DNA of 64,000 nucleotides, taken from NCBI GenBank assembly GCA_905178155.1, contig CAJINV010000003.1, forward strand, positions 8,597,097 to 8,661,096, given 5' to 3'. Positions 37,157-50,000 of the stretch are shown here, piece by piece. Positions within the stretch are counted from its first letter, which is position 1. Each line of letters opens with the position of its first letter. Source of the DNA: Amoebophrya sp. A120 (lineage: Eukaryota; Protista; Dinoflagellata). The notes below the pieces were generated by a model that was not told where the DNA came from, made no database searches, and worked only from the letters and a program-made list of their open reading frames with translations. A program made the position numbers and the translations under genes.

Positions 37157-40100
37157 TCACAGCTCTTCGTCGGTGGTGGAGTCGTCTGGAGGCACATGCG
37201 CCACATATGCGAAGACTTTAGCAAGACGCTCCGGGCATGATAGCGTGTGGAGGTTACCAATCCCGTAGCATTCTAGGAAATGCGCCGGACTGTCATCGAC
37301 CCGGCGGCATTTTGGGCAACGGACCCGCTCGAGCCCTGTGGGTGCGATTCTCTTGAACCGGGTTGCCCCCAGAAAGGCCGCTGCTGTTGTTTGGACGTGC
37401 CGGGACTCACCCTGGTCCGCAAAAACGCGATATAGCGCCTTGGCGCCCGCCCGTCCGGAGACGAACGCCCCTGCGATTTCCCCGCTTGCCGAGACCTCGG
37501 CCGCGTTGAGGTCCTGCAGGAGGCCTGCCTCTTGCGCCGCGAGCCGTTCCTTGGCATGTGATTTCATATCTTCGACCGACAGGGGCGCCCCCCATTGCGC
37601 ACCCGGATCCGCTTGGCGCAGTGCGGCTTCGGCTGCCTGGTCAACCAATTCGTTGGCCCCAACTCCGGTATGGGAGTGAACGTGGGCCAATTCCACGCGG
37701 TGAAATTTGGCGCAGAGTTCCTGGAGGTGATCGAGGAGAGTGCACTCCGCCTGCGTTGCGAGGCCGCCACAGATGGCGAGGGTCGACAGGCGTGCCAACA
37801 AGGACTGACTGTCCACGACCAGCAGCAGATGTGCGGCCGCCGCCTCCTCTGGTTCTTGCTGTGCTGCAGCTCGCGCTTGTCCCAGGAGTTCTGTAAGACC
37901 GGCGCGCTCTGCTTGGTAGGCTGATTTGTTGTCGCGCCAGCACCCTGCTGCAAGGCGGGCGCCGGTTTTTGCGTGGAAGTAGGCGGCCATGGAGCCCCGT
38001 CCCGTGCTTTGCTGGTGGGCCCCGTCGGACGCGCCGAAAAAGGTGCGGCGTGCTCGCAGTCTGTCTCTGAGCTCTGCCGCCTCTTGCGTTGCAATTTTGA
38101 GACCGGGGAAGCGACCCCGTGGCACTGGGACTGCTTTCAGGTACTCTACTTCGTCGCGCCTCCACCCGCAGCTTTCGAGCACAAGCGCCGCTTCAATCGC
38201 CCAGGGAGGGCACCGCCCGTCTCCCGCAGCGAATTTTCTATCTTTTTGCGGCTCCTCCGCCATTTCCGGGGCGTAGGTGTGGTAGATGGTGCGTGCCGGC
38301 TCATTGCGAGGAGGGGGGGCCGACGGGGCCGCGCCTCCGGCCGGGGGGGCGGTTGCGCACCAATGATCCCAAGATAGGACAGCCGCCGCCAGGGTGCATG
38401 AGGGGCGGACGTTTGCGAACTCACCCGGGTCGAGGTGTTCAACCCGCCGGGGCGGCAGCGCCGGTGCCTCCACGTATTTCAGGCCGGGCAAGCTTGTGGC
38501 GATTTGCTCGCGCAACGGTGTGGCGGACGTGCGGAGCAACCGGTCGAGCAAGCTCGCAAGCCGCTGGCCGTAAAGGTTAAACACGGAGTCGATGTTGCTG
38601 TGGGTGTAAAGGGTTTCAAGTCTTTGTGACCGACTTGCCGCGAGCACCAGCCTCGCCACTGGATGCAGCACCTTTGTGCTGATCCTCTGAGGGCTCGCTT
38701 GGGTGGCCATGCTCCCCCACACCGAGACAGCATATCCGCAGATATGCTGCGCTAAAAGTGTTGCTGTTTGCGTGAGCGTGGCAACATCGGCGCCCCACCA
38801 GCGATTTGCAAGTTGGCGTAGCACGTTCGTCCGCAAGACGCATTTGCGCTCGACGTGCTCGATGTGGTGTCTCATCGTGCATTCGGCGTCAAACCACACC
38901 CCGAGAATGCGGATTTTGTTGTGGAGGGTGTACGGGAGGCGCACCGGTGCCGTCGGCTCCCCTTCGGCGGGAGCGTCTCGCTCCCTCCTGGTGCGGCCGT
39001 ACCGGTCCCGGCTCCTCTTCCAGACCCCGGCTCGTGGCAGCTGCATCCACATGCGCCCCATTTTTTCGGGGGCGAGGCGGAGGCCTCTGCGTGCGAGAGC
39101 CGCTGTCAGGACTCTTTCGAGCGCTAGGATCCTGCTTTGCACTTCCTCCGGCGTGTCGCCACTTACTACGATCGTGCCGCCATCTGCGAAGAAGCGCAAC
39201 CAGACTCCGCGCGGGAGCGCTTTCAGCGTTTCCGCAGCCGTGCCTGTCAGCAACGCACTCCATGCCCAGGGGGAAAGCGCCCCACCCTGGGGAATCCCTG
39301 CAAGGGGCCGCATTGGTGAGGCTAGCTCTTCCCCTACTTTGCTGCGGAATGACCTCTGTCGTAGCCAGGCCCATAGCCAACGCACGAGACCTGCATCTGT
39401 CCCCTGTTGCAGTAGCCTCTGGATGAGGATTGCGCGTGGGACAGAATCGAGCGCGCCGCTGATGTCCGTCTGGACTATGCAGACGCATTTCTTCTGTCGC
39501 GCCAACTCGTCCGGGTGTCCTGCTAGTTCAAGGAGAAGAATCTCGGTAGACTTTCCCTCCAGGTACGCGCGCTGTGCGTGGTCCTGGGTCGGGGGAAGCC
39601 GCTGCAGCACTACTTTTTCGAGCAGCTTTGCCACCGTGTTTATAAGACTTATCGGTCTGCACGCCGACAAGTCTGTCGGGTTTTTGCCAGGCTTATCCAA
39701 CCAGATCACGACTGTCTCGCCTAGGTGCAGGGGCAGCTCGCCGCTTTGCAGTACTGCCGTGAACAGCTTGGCGAGGAGCGGCCAGGTTTCTTCCTGCCAG
39801 TCCAGACCTCGAGCGGCAGGCGGTCTGCCCCTGGCGCTTTTCCGCGGCTCAGCCCTTTCCAGGCCGCGCGCACTTCCTCGACCGTTACGGGGCTGGGGCG
39901 GGCCGCGCGGTCCAACTGTGAACGGACATTGGCTGGGAGGGCGGCCTCGTGCGATGCTTGCCCTTGGTGTCTGTCTCGCAGATGCCCGCCAAGGGCCTGC
40001 GCCTTTTGTTTGTCTGTAAGACACCACTTGCCTCGCCCATCACGGAGGGCCGCTCTCGCCGTTCTCTTAAGCCACGGCATGCGCCCATCTGCTTTCGCCA

Positions 40101-41355
40101 AGTAACGCCAAAGCGGCGCCATGCTGGAATTCGGCTTGCACCCCCGGAGGAATTTCTTCCAGGCTGCGCTCCTGATGATCTTCTCGAGCCGGAGGGCCTC
40201 CGCGTCGTCTCGATTGCGGTAGGCCTCTCGTAGGGCGTCGATTTGTTCACGCCAGGCATGCCGTTTGCGAAATTGCTCCTGGGTTTCAGCTTTCATTCCC
40301 CGGTGGGTGCTCTTGTGCCACGGCGACGCCGCCCCCTGGACCCGCTCAACAACGACGCTGATCGCTTTGCTCAGGTCCGTGAGGTCCAGGTCGTCTTCGC
40401 ACGCAGCCACGGCTTCACGCAGTCGGGCCCGGAGTGCTTCGCACTGCGCTTGCTCTTCTGGGTCGGTGCTGTCATCTCGGGGCAGCGCGTGCCTCTCTTG
40501 TGGTGGCGGCTCTTCCAGCGCCTCATGACAATCGAGGCGGACTAGGACGGGGAGGTGGTCGCATGTGTGCGGACTTGAGGTATCCGCCCACACTGGTGGC
40601 AGCCTTCCTAGATCAAGCGAATTGTTTCCCCGCCCCTGCTCCCCTAGTTCGTCCCATTCGTCGTCAACTTCTAGTGCCGCTCGGGCAAGCACCGGAAAGA
40701 GGCACCCCGCGCCCGGTTTCCAGACGACTCGATCTGGGCACGTTGCTGGGGCGCAGGACGGATAGGCAAGCATTCCAGGCGGGGTGAGATCCAGACAGCC
40801 CGCGTCTGCTCCTGATCCCTGGTCTAGCCAGCGCGTGAACCAGGTGCGCCTCGTTTTCCCACCCGGGTTGAAGTCGCCTACTATTAGCACGTCTTCATCC
40901 TCCTTTGCAGGTTGGAGGATGGAGTGTAGCTGCGAGTCCGTTGGCGTTGTGCCCGGTTTGATATACAGAACGCAAATCAAAGCTGTGCGACTGTCATCCC
41001 CTCTTCCCGGAAGCACTATCCTGACCCAGGCCACTTCTATGCTCTTCGACCCGTTCCAGGCCGGGATGGACTTGCTTGCTGGGCAGACGACTACGCGCGG
41101 CCCGGCGTATATTGCAAGAGAGCCGGCCTGCTTCCCTTCTGTCGGGCGGACGAATTCCGCCACTCTCCTATAGTTCCGCTTCTCCCAGGAGCGGTCTTGC
41201 TTTTCAGGCACTTCTTTCCCTGCGAGGGTTTCTTGAAGTGCAACCAGATCGGCTCGCATGCGCAAGCAATTGTTGATGATAGGCACCGACTTACTTCTGA
41301 TCCCGTTGACATTCCATGACGCGACGCGGAGTGCGCTATCTGTCGCGCTAGGCAT
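37157..41355 (-). pseudogene. LINE ORF2: APE endonuclease - reverse transcriptase - RNase H - CCHC knuckle, with one frameshift
   Basis: APE: SWNVNG, LQET, GDFN, DHLPV. RT: KAPGAD, RPISL, DISGALD, GIPQGGALSP, FADG (for FADD), LGVWFD. RNase H: SDGA, AERAGL, DSQS, HVHSHTGVGANELVD. Knuckle: CPKC...H...C. Frameshift near 39790-39820. Confidence 0.92.
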
Positions 41356-41379
41356 GCCGGGATCTTGTACGATGACCAG

Positions 41380-43125
41380 CTACAGTCTTCTGAGTGTTTG
41401 CGGCGTGTGCAACGCCTTTGCGTTACCACTCGGAAGGATTGCGACGTGGAATTTGGTCCCCTCCACTCCCCGCTCCGTCGGTGTAAACTCGGAGCAGTTG
41501 CACAGGGCGGCCTCCAGAAGCATCGCTGAGTCTTTCGTGCTGCTGATATTGCATTCCCAGACGACAACCCCCACCCCCAAAGCGTTCGCTGCGCCTTGCC
41601 CCTCGGTTTGCCGTGTTACGGCTGCTTTCGGGTTCCCAAGCTTCTGCGTCTCGTTGTCGATTTTGCCCCTGAGTACATCTTTGCCCATCTGGCCCCCCTC
41701 TTTGCAATGTAGTTCAAACAGAGCATCTGTCACTGTCGGATGGGCGGTAGGGGAGATGCAGGCGAGGATCGTGCCGTTGCGAATGTCTCGCTTTTGCTGG
41801 GCATCGTACATGGCGAATTCGGCTGCGGCTTTGGTGGGGAAGATCGTTTTTCCTTTCTTGCTCTGCGGCAGAATCTCCCCGCGCAAGATGTCTTCCCCAG
41901 CCTCGGCAGTCTGTGGCGCCATGTCAAGCTTCCCCCTTTGCTTCTTGTACGCCTGGTCGCACCGACATCCGGATACATGAGCCACAAGAGCCGGGCGCGC
42001 ACCTGTCGCTTTTTCCACAGCCGTTAGCCACTCCATGAGGCTGAGGTTGTTGACCGGCACCGCATTTATTTTGCGCCGTAGCTCACGCCTAGCCTCCTCG
42101 TCAAGCTTCGGCTGTTTGGCGGCGATCATGTCCGGGATCGACTGACCTAAAAGCGCCTTGACTTGCGGCCCGCGGATGCGGAAGGTTTGCCAAATTTCGC
42201 TTGTGACGTCTTCCGGCTCACACCAGTCGCCGTGCCAGGTGAGGACCTCCAGAAGCTGTTCTTTCGTCGCCTTGGAGTTGCCCGCTCCAGTTGCTGCTGC
42301 TTCTTGCGACCCCTGCGAGCGCAGGGGCTCTTCGTCTGGAGGGGACCTGCTGGGCGCCGCCTGCGTATCATTGCGCGTGGGCCTGGGTCGGTTCGCATTG
42401 TTTTGCCGATCTGTCCGCTGTGGTGGCGCAGCAGTGGGCCCCGGCGCTGCGGCCGCTCGAGCTGTCGCCGCAGCTTCTCCTGTGCGCCGGCCCCCGCCCT
42501 GTTCGGCAATTCGCTGGCGGTAATTCGCCGGGCGAAGTTTCATGAGCACAGCGCCTATCGTGCCCCGGACGATGTTGCGGGCGTCGCGTGTCTTCAGCCC
42601 ATGATCTGCGTACAGTTTTTTCTGGACCTCCTTACTCGTGATTTGGTTGTCCCGGCGGTACATTCCCTCGATGAAGGAGTGGACTTGTTTCCGGGTGTAG
42701 TGTGTCACATGCGGCGTCTTCCGCTCGCGCGTTCCGTCGTCCTCGGAAACTTCTGCAGCTGTAACAGCTGCCGCATCTTCTTGCGTTTTCGCTTTCTTCA
42801 GCGGAGGAGCTACCGCTGTATCCTGCTCTGTCGGTGCTGGGGGCTTCTCCGCACTGGAGCTTGGTTTCTCCGTAGTCGGGGCGGTGGGCGTCGGATCCCT
42901 TTTGTCGGCGTCTTGCCGACTGCGTGATGCGAAGAAGCAGTCGGGGAGGGGGGGGAGGGGCATGCCTTGGGGGATCGGCATCGGTTGCAGTCCATTCATC
43001 GCGCCACCATTCCCGTTGAGGAAGACGAAGTTTCCTCCTGCAGGTGAATGCTGTTGGCCGAGTCCGAAATTGATCACTTGCGGCCAGAAGCTCCCGGCGC
43101 CGCTTCCGTTGTGTCCGGTGCTCAT
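41380..43125 (-). CDS. LINE ORF1 (uncharacterised)
   Basis: Long ORF ending 25 bp before the ORF2 ATG, inside the TSD-bounded element. Confidence 0.75.
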   Translation of the reverse strand: MSTGHNGSGAGSFWPQVINFGLGQQHSPAGGNFVFLNGNGGAMNGLQPMPIPQGMPLPPLPDCFFASRSRQDADKRDPTPTAPTTEKPSSSAEKPPAPTEQDTAVAPPLKKAKTQEDAAAVTAAEVSEDDGTRERKTPHVTHYTRKQVHSFIEGMYRRDNQITSKEVQKKLYADHGLKTRDARNIVRGTIGAVLMKLRPANYRQRIAEQGGGRRTGEAAATARAAAAPGPTAAPPQRTDRQNNANRPRPTRNDTQAAPSRSPPDEEPLRSQGSQEAAATGAGNSKATKEQLLEVLTWHGDWCEPEDVTSEIWQTFRIRGPQVKALLGQSIPDMIAAKQPKLDEEARRELRRKINAVPVNNLSLMEWLTAVEKATGARPALVAHVSGCRCDQAYKKQRGKLDMAPQTAEAGEDILRGEILPQSKKGKTIFPTKAAAEFAMYDAQQKRDIRNGTILACISPTAHPTVTDALFELHCKEGGQMGKDVLRGKIDNETQKLGNPKAAVTRQTEGQGAANALGVGVVVWECNISSTKDSAMLLEAALCNCSEFTPTERGVEGTKFHVAILPSGNAKALHTPQTLRRL

Positions 43126-44415
43126 GTTTTGTAGCAACGATGAGCACGGTTGCACCCGCATACAGCCGCGGTTGTGCGCGTGGTTGTGTGCGCAGTTGCA
43201 ACAGCAAGTGCAGCGGCACGGGCAGCAATGGCAGCAGACCACTTTCAAAAAGTAACTTATTCCGAGCAGGAATATTCTTCACGTTCGTATCTAGACAGGA
43301 CGGCACGCTTCAAATTTCTGGATCTTTACTTAAAGGGTGCGCTACTTCTACCAGAAGAGATTCTGCCTATGTTCCTCTTCGGAAAGGAGCTAAGTGCCCG
43401 ACTTTTCTGGTACTTTGAATGTGCTTTGAATTCTTCTAGAATACTGCAAGCGAGCTGCTCACTCTTTAGGTGTGTGTAGTCAGTTTGAGGGTGTTTCACA
43501 ACTTTCCTACTTCGCTACTGCATGCTTGGTAGCTCGCTAAGTGTGTGAGCGACGGACGTTTCCTGTCAAATGAGGAAGGGAATTTCGTCACGATCACGCA
43601 TACAGCCGAGGGACCGATCACGGGCGGCAGCATGCATGTGCCGACGGAGAACCGACGCTCCGCCTCACTGAAGCTTTTTGTTGCGCGACAGAGTGGGACG
43701 AGAGTTGCACTTCTGGCATGGACGGACGGAGTAGCGTCGTACCGGTTGACATCTCCTGCAGTAGGAGTCCATGTCTCTCTTGACTGAGCGACATTTACCT
43801 GCTCACATTGGAGACCGAGTTCGCGGGCCCTCGTGAGCGCGGCACAACCGACAATGTGAGACATTAACCCAAATACTTGGGTTAATTTTAAAATTTTAAT
43901 TCAGGCCGCACCTGCGCCGGAGCAAAACCGACCTAAGTTTGCAACTTCGCCAGCCCTTCATGCTGTTTTCCCGACCTCGAGCCGGGTTTGTGACCGAGGT
44001 GTGCACTTTTCACCGATTTTTGATCTCTATACAGTGGTTAGTTCGCAGTCGAACAATTGACTACCAGCTGGTAGCCCCCCTTCCCTGCAAGGGCGGGGAA
44101 GAAAGACACATCAATGTACGATGTGCGATGCATCAATGTACGATGTATCACGCATCGTACTTTGATCAATGTATGACACATCAATGTACAATGTATCAGA
44201 CATCGCACATCATACACTGGACCATGTACAATGTACGATGTGCCATGTATGAGATTGGGTTGCACATTGATGTACTGCACCTCATACATTGACGCACATC
44301 GTACACGGGAACCGTCGCGCTCTCCTCAAATCTTCCATGTATGATGTATTTTTTTTGCGATGTATTTCCGCCAATACATCGCAAAACTCATACATGCCTC
44401 TCGCCCCCACCATAC

Positions 44416-46080
44416 CCCCCGAGCCGCTCCTCCTGGTCCTGATCCTAGTGCAAGTGCACTCCTGAGTAGACCACTTGCTTCTGTCGAGGAGGCGTCTGCA
44501 GCTGCTCCATCCTCTGTCGAGGAGGCGCCTTTGTTCTTTGCAAAAGCCAGGTCTCCTTTGCAATCCGTCTTGAATGTTCCCCAGACCGTGGAATATAGGG
44601 CCGGGAAATTTGTTCCATAAATTTGGATTTTTTTGTCCTCAAGGTCAACTTCGGGCGCCGTTATGCGCTGTTCCGGCATGTTATCAGGATCGTAGTTGTT
44701 GTAATATCGGTCAGGTGTCTCGCTCCTCCGCTGCAATACTGCCGCCGCTTCCACACCAAAGCCGACAGCGCCAGCTAGCACGGCGCTTTGTTTCCCCGTG
44801 TCATCCCATCCGGAAAGGTACCGGGGCGCAAACTCCGTCGCCGTGCACAATCCTCCGTCCTCGGGCGGGGAGTTCGACGAGCAATACGCTGTCACAAGCT
44901 CATCCGCTTGGTGGTGCCGAACACCGCGGAAGCGCTGTTGCTTTGGCTTTTCTTTTTTATTAATACTACTCTCTTTGTCATAAACCGTAATGCTTTGACT
45001 ATCAATCTGAAGCGGATCAGGTCGGTCTATCGGGAACTGCATGAGCCGTAACAAATCAATGATCAGGGGAACAAGGGCAACCTGCTTCACGTTCTTCTGG
45101 TCTTGATGCGTTGTTGCTGCCTCACTTGGAAGCTTTTCTCCGTTGAAAATCAATCCCATGACAAGGCTGGACACGCGTGCCATTGAGACTGGCTGTCCAC
45201 CGAGACGTGCGCCATGTCGCCAAACACCGCCGGAGAGGAGAACAAAGGCCTGCAGGTCCTTCATACCTGCGGACGTCCATATGTCGGCTTCGCTCAGCGT
45301 TTTGCCTTCCAGCTTATTGAGCTCCTTGACGACGTAGTCTGCGAACACTTCTGCAAAAATTCCGTGAAGCCGTGCGACGTTCCTTCTGGAAAGTTGCTCC
45401 GCCGCCTTACCGCCCGTCAGCAACGCAACGACCTGACACAGGTCGAACAGTGCGGCTCTTACAGCGTGCACCTTGCCCACAGGCAGCAGCGAGTTCTTAA
45501 CTTCCGGCTGTCCATTTGCCAGAAAGCGCATTTTTAGAATTTCCACATTGTAAGCGGGCTTTTTCGTCGAGTCGTTCTCCTTGTTCTCCTTGCTGCAGTT
45601 CTCCAAGAACTCGTGCCACCAAGTTTCAGCCAACTGCTGCTCGTGTTCGTTCTCCCCTATGTACATTTCCTTGACTTGAAGAAAGTTGGTAGCAAGGGGG
45701 GCAGCATAATAAAAGAACTGGCAGCTGGCGCGTATCACGTGAGGAGTGTGAGATGTGATGTCCGCAAGCTGATGCTCCCTGAGAAAGGCAAAAAGCTTGC
45801 GGAATCGCTTCGCTTGCTCGCTGTCTTCGTCGGTGTACAGCTCCGTAGTTAAGGCCTTGTCGGAATCGCCTACATTTTTTTTTCCAAGGAGTTGCATCGC
45901 CAAAGCCTTGTTGACCGGAGCTTCGGTACCCGCGGTGCCGGTGTCCCCTGCTTTTTTCTCCTTTTCCTTTTGTAGAAAGTTCATAAGTATTTTTTCCGGT
46001 TCCACCTGGCTGGAAACATCCGGGTGCAACAAAACATCCTCAAGACCTATCCTGTGCGAACTCACCAGCGCCCCCAACAT
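44416..46080 (-). CDS. Large host exon, hypothetical protein
   Basis: ~555 open codons with protein-like composition, reading into the TIR at 44415. Confidence 0.7.
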
Positions 46081-46328
46081 AGATAATTCTCGATCGAAGG
46101 GAAAATTAGTCGCCGCTACTTGATCTTCATCATCATCTCTTGCACATTTATACTTTTTCTTTGGGTCACTGTATATGAGGCTTTGTCTGTACTCGATCTT
46201 GACAAAATTTTCGGAAACAAGTCACATGGAAAGTAGCACGAATCGGAACTACTGCGCTACCGCTGCCGGGCGAGGCGTCAACTGCTTTCCTTGACCTTGT
46301 GCAGTGACGAGCAACCCTGGCAAGCTTG

Positions 46329-47012
46329 TTATTGTTTTGTGTGCGCGGCCGCGGGCATTAGTTTGCACAGGATAGGATCCAGATTCACTCCGTGTTTCTC
46401 TAGTAACTTTTCGCCTGCCTCGGAGACAAGTTCTTTGACGTCCTTGTTTTCCGGCAATAGCAATTTGGAGTTAATTATGCCGTATTTCGTCTTCGCTTTA
46501 TACTTAGCTGCTGTGCTGTCCGTCGGCCCTTCTACTTCGATTGTATCAAGCAAACTCTCGTACGTTAGGGCGCGCGCTGCCTCTTCCAGTTGATCGCCTC
46601 CGGATTTGCCTTCTGATCCGGAGCTTTGGAACCCAAACACGCCTCGGGAGTCCGTCGTGCCGTCTCTGAACCGGAAGGGTTTTCCCTTTGTTACCAGGTT
46701 TTCTTCGCTTTTGGCTACGTCGTCCGAGTGCTGCATTACTCGCCACCCATAATCCCAGATCGCACTGAAAGACTTCTGCTCCGCGGCCCACCATGAGTGC
46801 CCCCCGAAATCATCCACGCCTGGCACTATTGGTTGTTTCGCCTGGTGGCCTTTTCCTGCAGGAATTTCCCTGGAGCCCGAATCCGTCTTACTTTTGGCCT
46901 CATTAACCTCGCGGTCTTTCTCGAGCTCGCTGGGTATGGAAACGAAGCGCGCGACGGCGCTTCGACGGCCCGACGTCAGGTTTTGGTGACCGATTGCTGG
47001 TGTGTGGCTCAA
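46329..47012 (-). CDS. Hypothetical protein segment
   Basis: 227-codon ORF; joining it to 46080 needs a frameshift or intron. Confidence 0.5.
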   Translation of the reverse strand: MSHTPAIGHQNLTSGRRSAVARFVSIPSELEKDREVNEAKSKTDSGSREIPAGKGHQAKQPIVPGVDDFGGHSWWAAEQKSFSAIWDYGWRVMQHSDDVAKSEENLVTKGKPFRFRDGTTDSRGVFGFQSSGSEGKSGGDQLEEAARALTYESLLDTIEVEGPTDSTAAKYKAKTKYGIINSKLLLPENKDVKELVSEAGEKLLEKHGVNLDPILCKLMPAAAHTKQ

Positions 47013-50000
47013 CGAGGAGGCAGCCCGTCAAGATCTATCAATGCTAAATGAATCATCGACCTTCACGCACCGGCCACCACTGCAACACTAGGGCACACCT
47101 AAGCGCGCCAATACCCCTGAAGACCGTCCGATTTTGAATTCCTGGCCCGACTCGTGCGCGTCTCGGCCAGCGCACGCCCCGCACTGTTTCGACAACGCGG
47201 CGCATGCCCATGCGCATCTAGGTCACGCACTTGCCGCGAGGGGGGCAACCTGCGCGATCAGGGTGCGACCCGACGGGCCTTGTCGCGCTTGTTCGCGCAC
47301 GGCAAAAAAATGCAGCAAGTGGCGGCCGCCTGGGCCAGCTGGTCCTTCCAGCAAGAACGTGCGAGGTCGTTTATCCTGCGCGTCGACTGTGCCTGCGCTG
47401 GGCAAGCAGCTGTCACGCGCAAGGGAGATTTGCGCGATGTGCTACGCGCGAGTAGACGTCTTGCTGCTGCTGTTGGTACGTGAGAAGCCCGGCAATTCTT
47501 GGTCGCGGGCGTGAGCTGCCAATAACCCTAGAAAAAAGGCTTGCGGGGTTTGCGTTTGTCACCGGCGCACGGAAGGAAGAAAAATGGTAGCGCGCGCCCT
47601 ACTTACCCTGTCACAAGCGGCCGCCTCAGCAACTTGGGCTTGGCTCCACCACGAAAGTGCGTGGGCAACTTGGCTCCGCCACGAAATTGCGAGCCTTGGC
47701 ATGATGTGCAGGCACCTTGAAGCCAAGAGCACATGCGAAGTCCCGCGGCGCGCTCCGTCGGATCCAGGTGGCCCCGGGGGTGCATGTTTGCGGGACTGGG
47801 ACTACGCCAGTGCGTACGCTTACGCCTTGGCGCGCGCGCGCGTGTCAAATTCCGCGACAGCTTACTTTTTGGCCAAATTGGCCCAGGCGCGGCCCCTCAG
47901 GATAAATCTGCAAACGACATCAAGCACAACATCGGTCGGCGCCAGCGTGTGGCAGCGTGCGCGAAGTGAACCACATCAGGCAGTCGGCCCATACACATTC
48001 AAGCGAACAGCTGGAAGTAGTCAACATCTCACGCGCAAACACAATGGCGCGGGCGCAGTGTGTGATGAATCCCGCGAGGGAGTGCCATCTGAGCCAATTA
48101 GCTCAGAGATCGAATTGTCAGGCACAGAGATTCCTTACTGCCAGTGGCAAGGCGTGGCAAAACCTACAGGCCAGTTGGCCAACCGGCGGGACAAGCCAGC
48201 TTACAGGCCGAGTGGCCAGTGGCAATGAGTGCGCCCCTTAGAAGACCCAGGCCAATTGACCAGCCGCGCAAGCTAGGAAAGAGGTCGGACAAGAGCGCTC
48301 GTCCCCCCACTAACTCCATCATCCGTAAAAGAAAAGCGTGGGAATGGGAAAGGCAGGCGCCCGCGTGCTACAGCAACATGACCGGGGGCAAGGCCCAGAG
48401 GAGGGGGCGGGGCGATTCGTTTTTTTGTCTAGGACATGGCGGCGAGTTTCTACTTTCAGTCTCTGCGCTCTGCCATTGGTTGCGGGCGCTTTGCGTTGCG
48501 TCGGTTGCCCCGAATTGTGCTCGCGCTGCAACCGGAGGGCCTGGGGCTCCTTTTGTTGCTTCGCGCGAGGCTGAGTGGGCCATCGTTCGAAACAACAGCA
48601 CGAAGCACGGTACTACACGGCAAGGGCGTCGAGCACGGGCATACGGGCACAAGCGCTTTCCTTTGCCCTGCGCGGCATGCCAGGCAAGGCCAGGGAAGTA
48701 GGCTGCTCTTGCTGTAAAGAATCGACGCGGCCCGGCGTGGTTGGTTCTGCGGTGGTTTCGCATAAACTCAAACTGACATCGCCTGCGATAAGAGCACGGG
48801 GCCTACAACTAGGGACAGACCGACTGAAACGGAGACCACGCGCCATCTTAAAAACCATGAAGACAGTTTGCGGAAGGGGGAGTGTACAAGAATGACAATG
48901 AGATGAGTCATAAGCTGTTGTAGCGAGCTTTTACCTTGTTGTTGCTCACCAACTGCAAGATAAAGCAAATGTCTTTTTCAGACAAGAAGGTGGAGCGCTG
49001 TGCAAAACATCAACAGAAAACTCTAAGCACCTCCGCCCGCCCGGGTAGCTTTAACTTCTGGAAGGGCAACGCCAACATCCAGACATCAGCATCAGCGTGG
49101 CTCTCTCATAGCACGCGATGAAAGTAGGGCAGGCGCCATCGACAAGCTGCGACCACTGACTAGCACTCGCGCATCTACCTCAAGCGCGTTGCTATACGTA
49201 CGCACCACGTCCAAAGTAACTCCTGCGCCGGGCCCGCTCTATTACTATTTGTTTTTTGGATATCGAACGCCACCCGTTCCGGGACACACCAGGCAGTTCG
49301 GAAATTGCTGCACCGTTTTTCGGATTTTCATTATGGAGGGCAACACGACCACGACGCAGCAGCTCTCGCCTTTCCATTTTTCTTTGACTTTGTGCCATGT
49401 ACGTCTCGAGAGCGGTTCGAGTTTCACTCATGCTCTTCTTCATCTTGTTTTTCAGAAGGCGCCACAACCTCTTCATTTAGGGGCGCGGTCAAAACATGCA
49501 AGCGCACGGAGTCGCCGGCTGGGAGACATCGACCGCGCAAAGAACAACTCAGGGCGACCGCTGGCGGAAAGAAGCTGATGTGGAGGATGGGCCACTTCTT
49601 ATGTCCAGACGCCTCGCGGCCGACCGGACCTCCACTGGCGGCGAGCGAACGCAAACAAAGAGTTGGAAACAAAGGCGTCCCGCCCGCCCCCCTGTACACT
49701 AGTTCCCACTCCTCGGCGCAACCGGCGAGGCGGGTTCTGAGCTAAAGGCATGGCGGGCACTGTGAGTGCCCGGGCTCAACACGCTTGCGCTAAAGTTCTT
49801 GCCGGGCGGGCCCCGGGAGCCCCCGTCGGTGCGCTACCTCCTGGGTGCTTCGGTATTGAAGACGTACGTCTGGACCACTGCGATCCAGCTGAAGGCTGCC
49901 CCTGCACCTGCTGGCCTTCGTTCTCAGCTCGGATCACTTTCAAAGACCAAAGATCTAAAAAACGGCCCCGCGCGACGCTACCGGTTGCTGCTTTGGGCTG

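Larger units (their letters stand above)
36699..44098 (-). mobile_element. Full-length non-LTR retrotransposon (LINE, I/Ingi-like with RNase H)
   Basis: 13-bp TSD aagaaagacacat at 36686-36698 and 44099-44111; (ATGT)n 3' tail; ORF1 plus ORF2. Confidence 0.9.
35819..44415. mobile_element. 8.6-kb TIR element (about 1.2 kb before LINE insertion) interrupting a host ORF
   Basis: ~88-bp TIRs at 35821-35908 and 44325-44414 with an internal 14-bp stem; CCC flanks; internal 14-bp (atggcacatcatac)n and (ccaag)n repeats; begins GTATGG on the minus strand. Confidence 0.8.

Noticed and set aside
44020-44098. HDV-like ribozyme at the LINE 5' end
   Set aside because: Only short hairpins are visible; I could not build the nested double pseudoknot.
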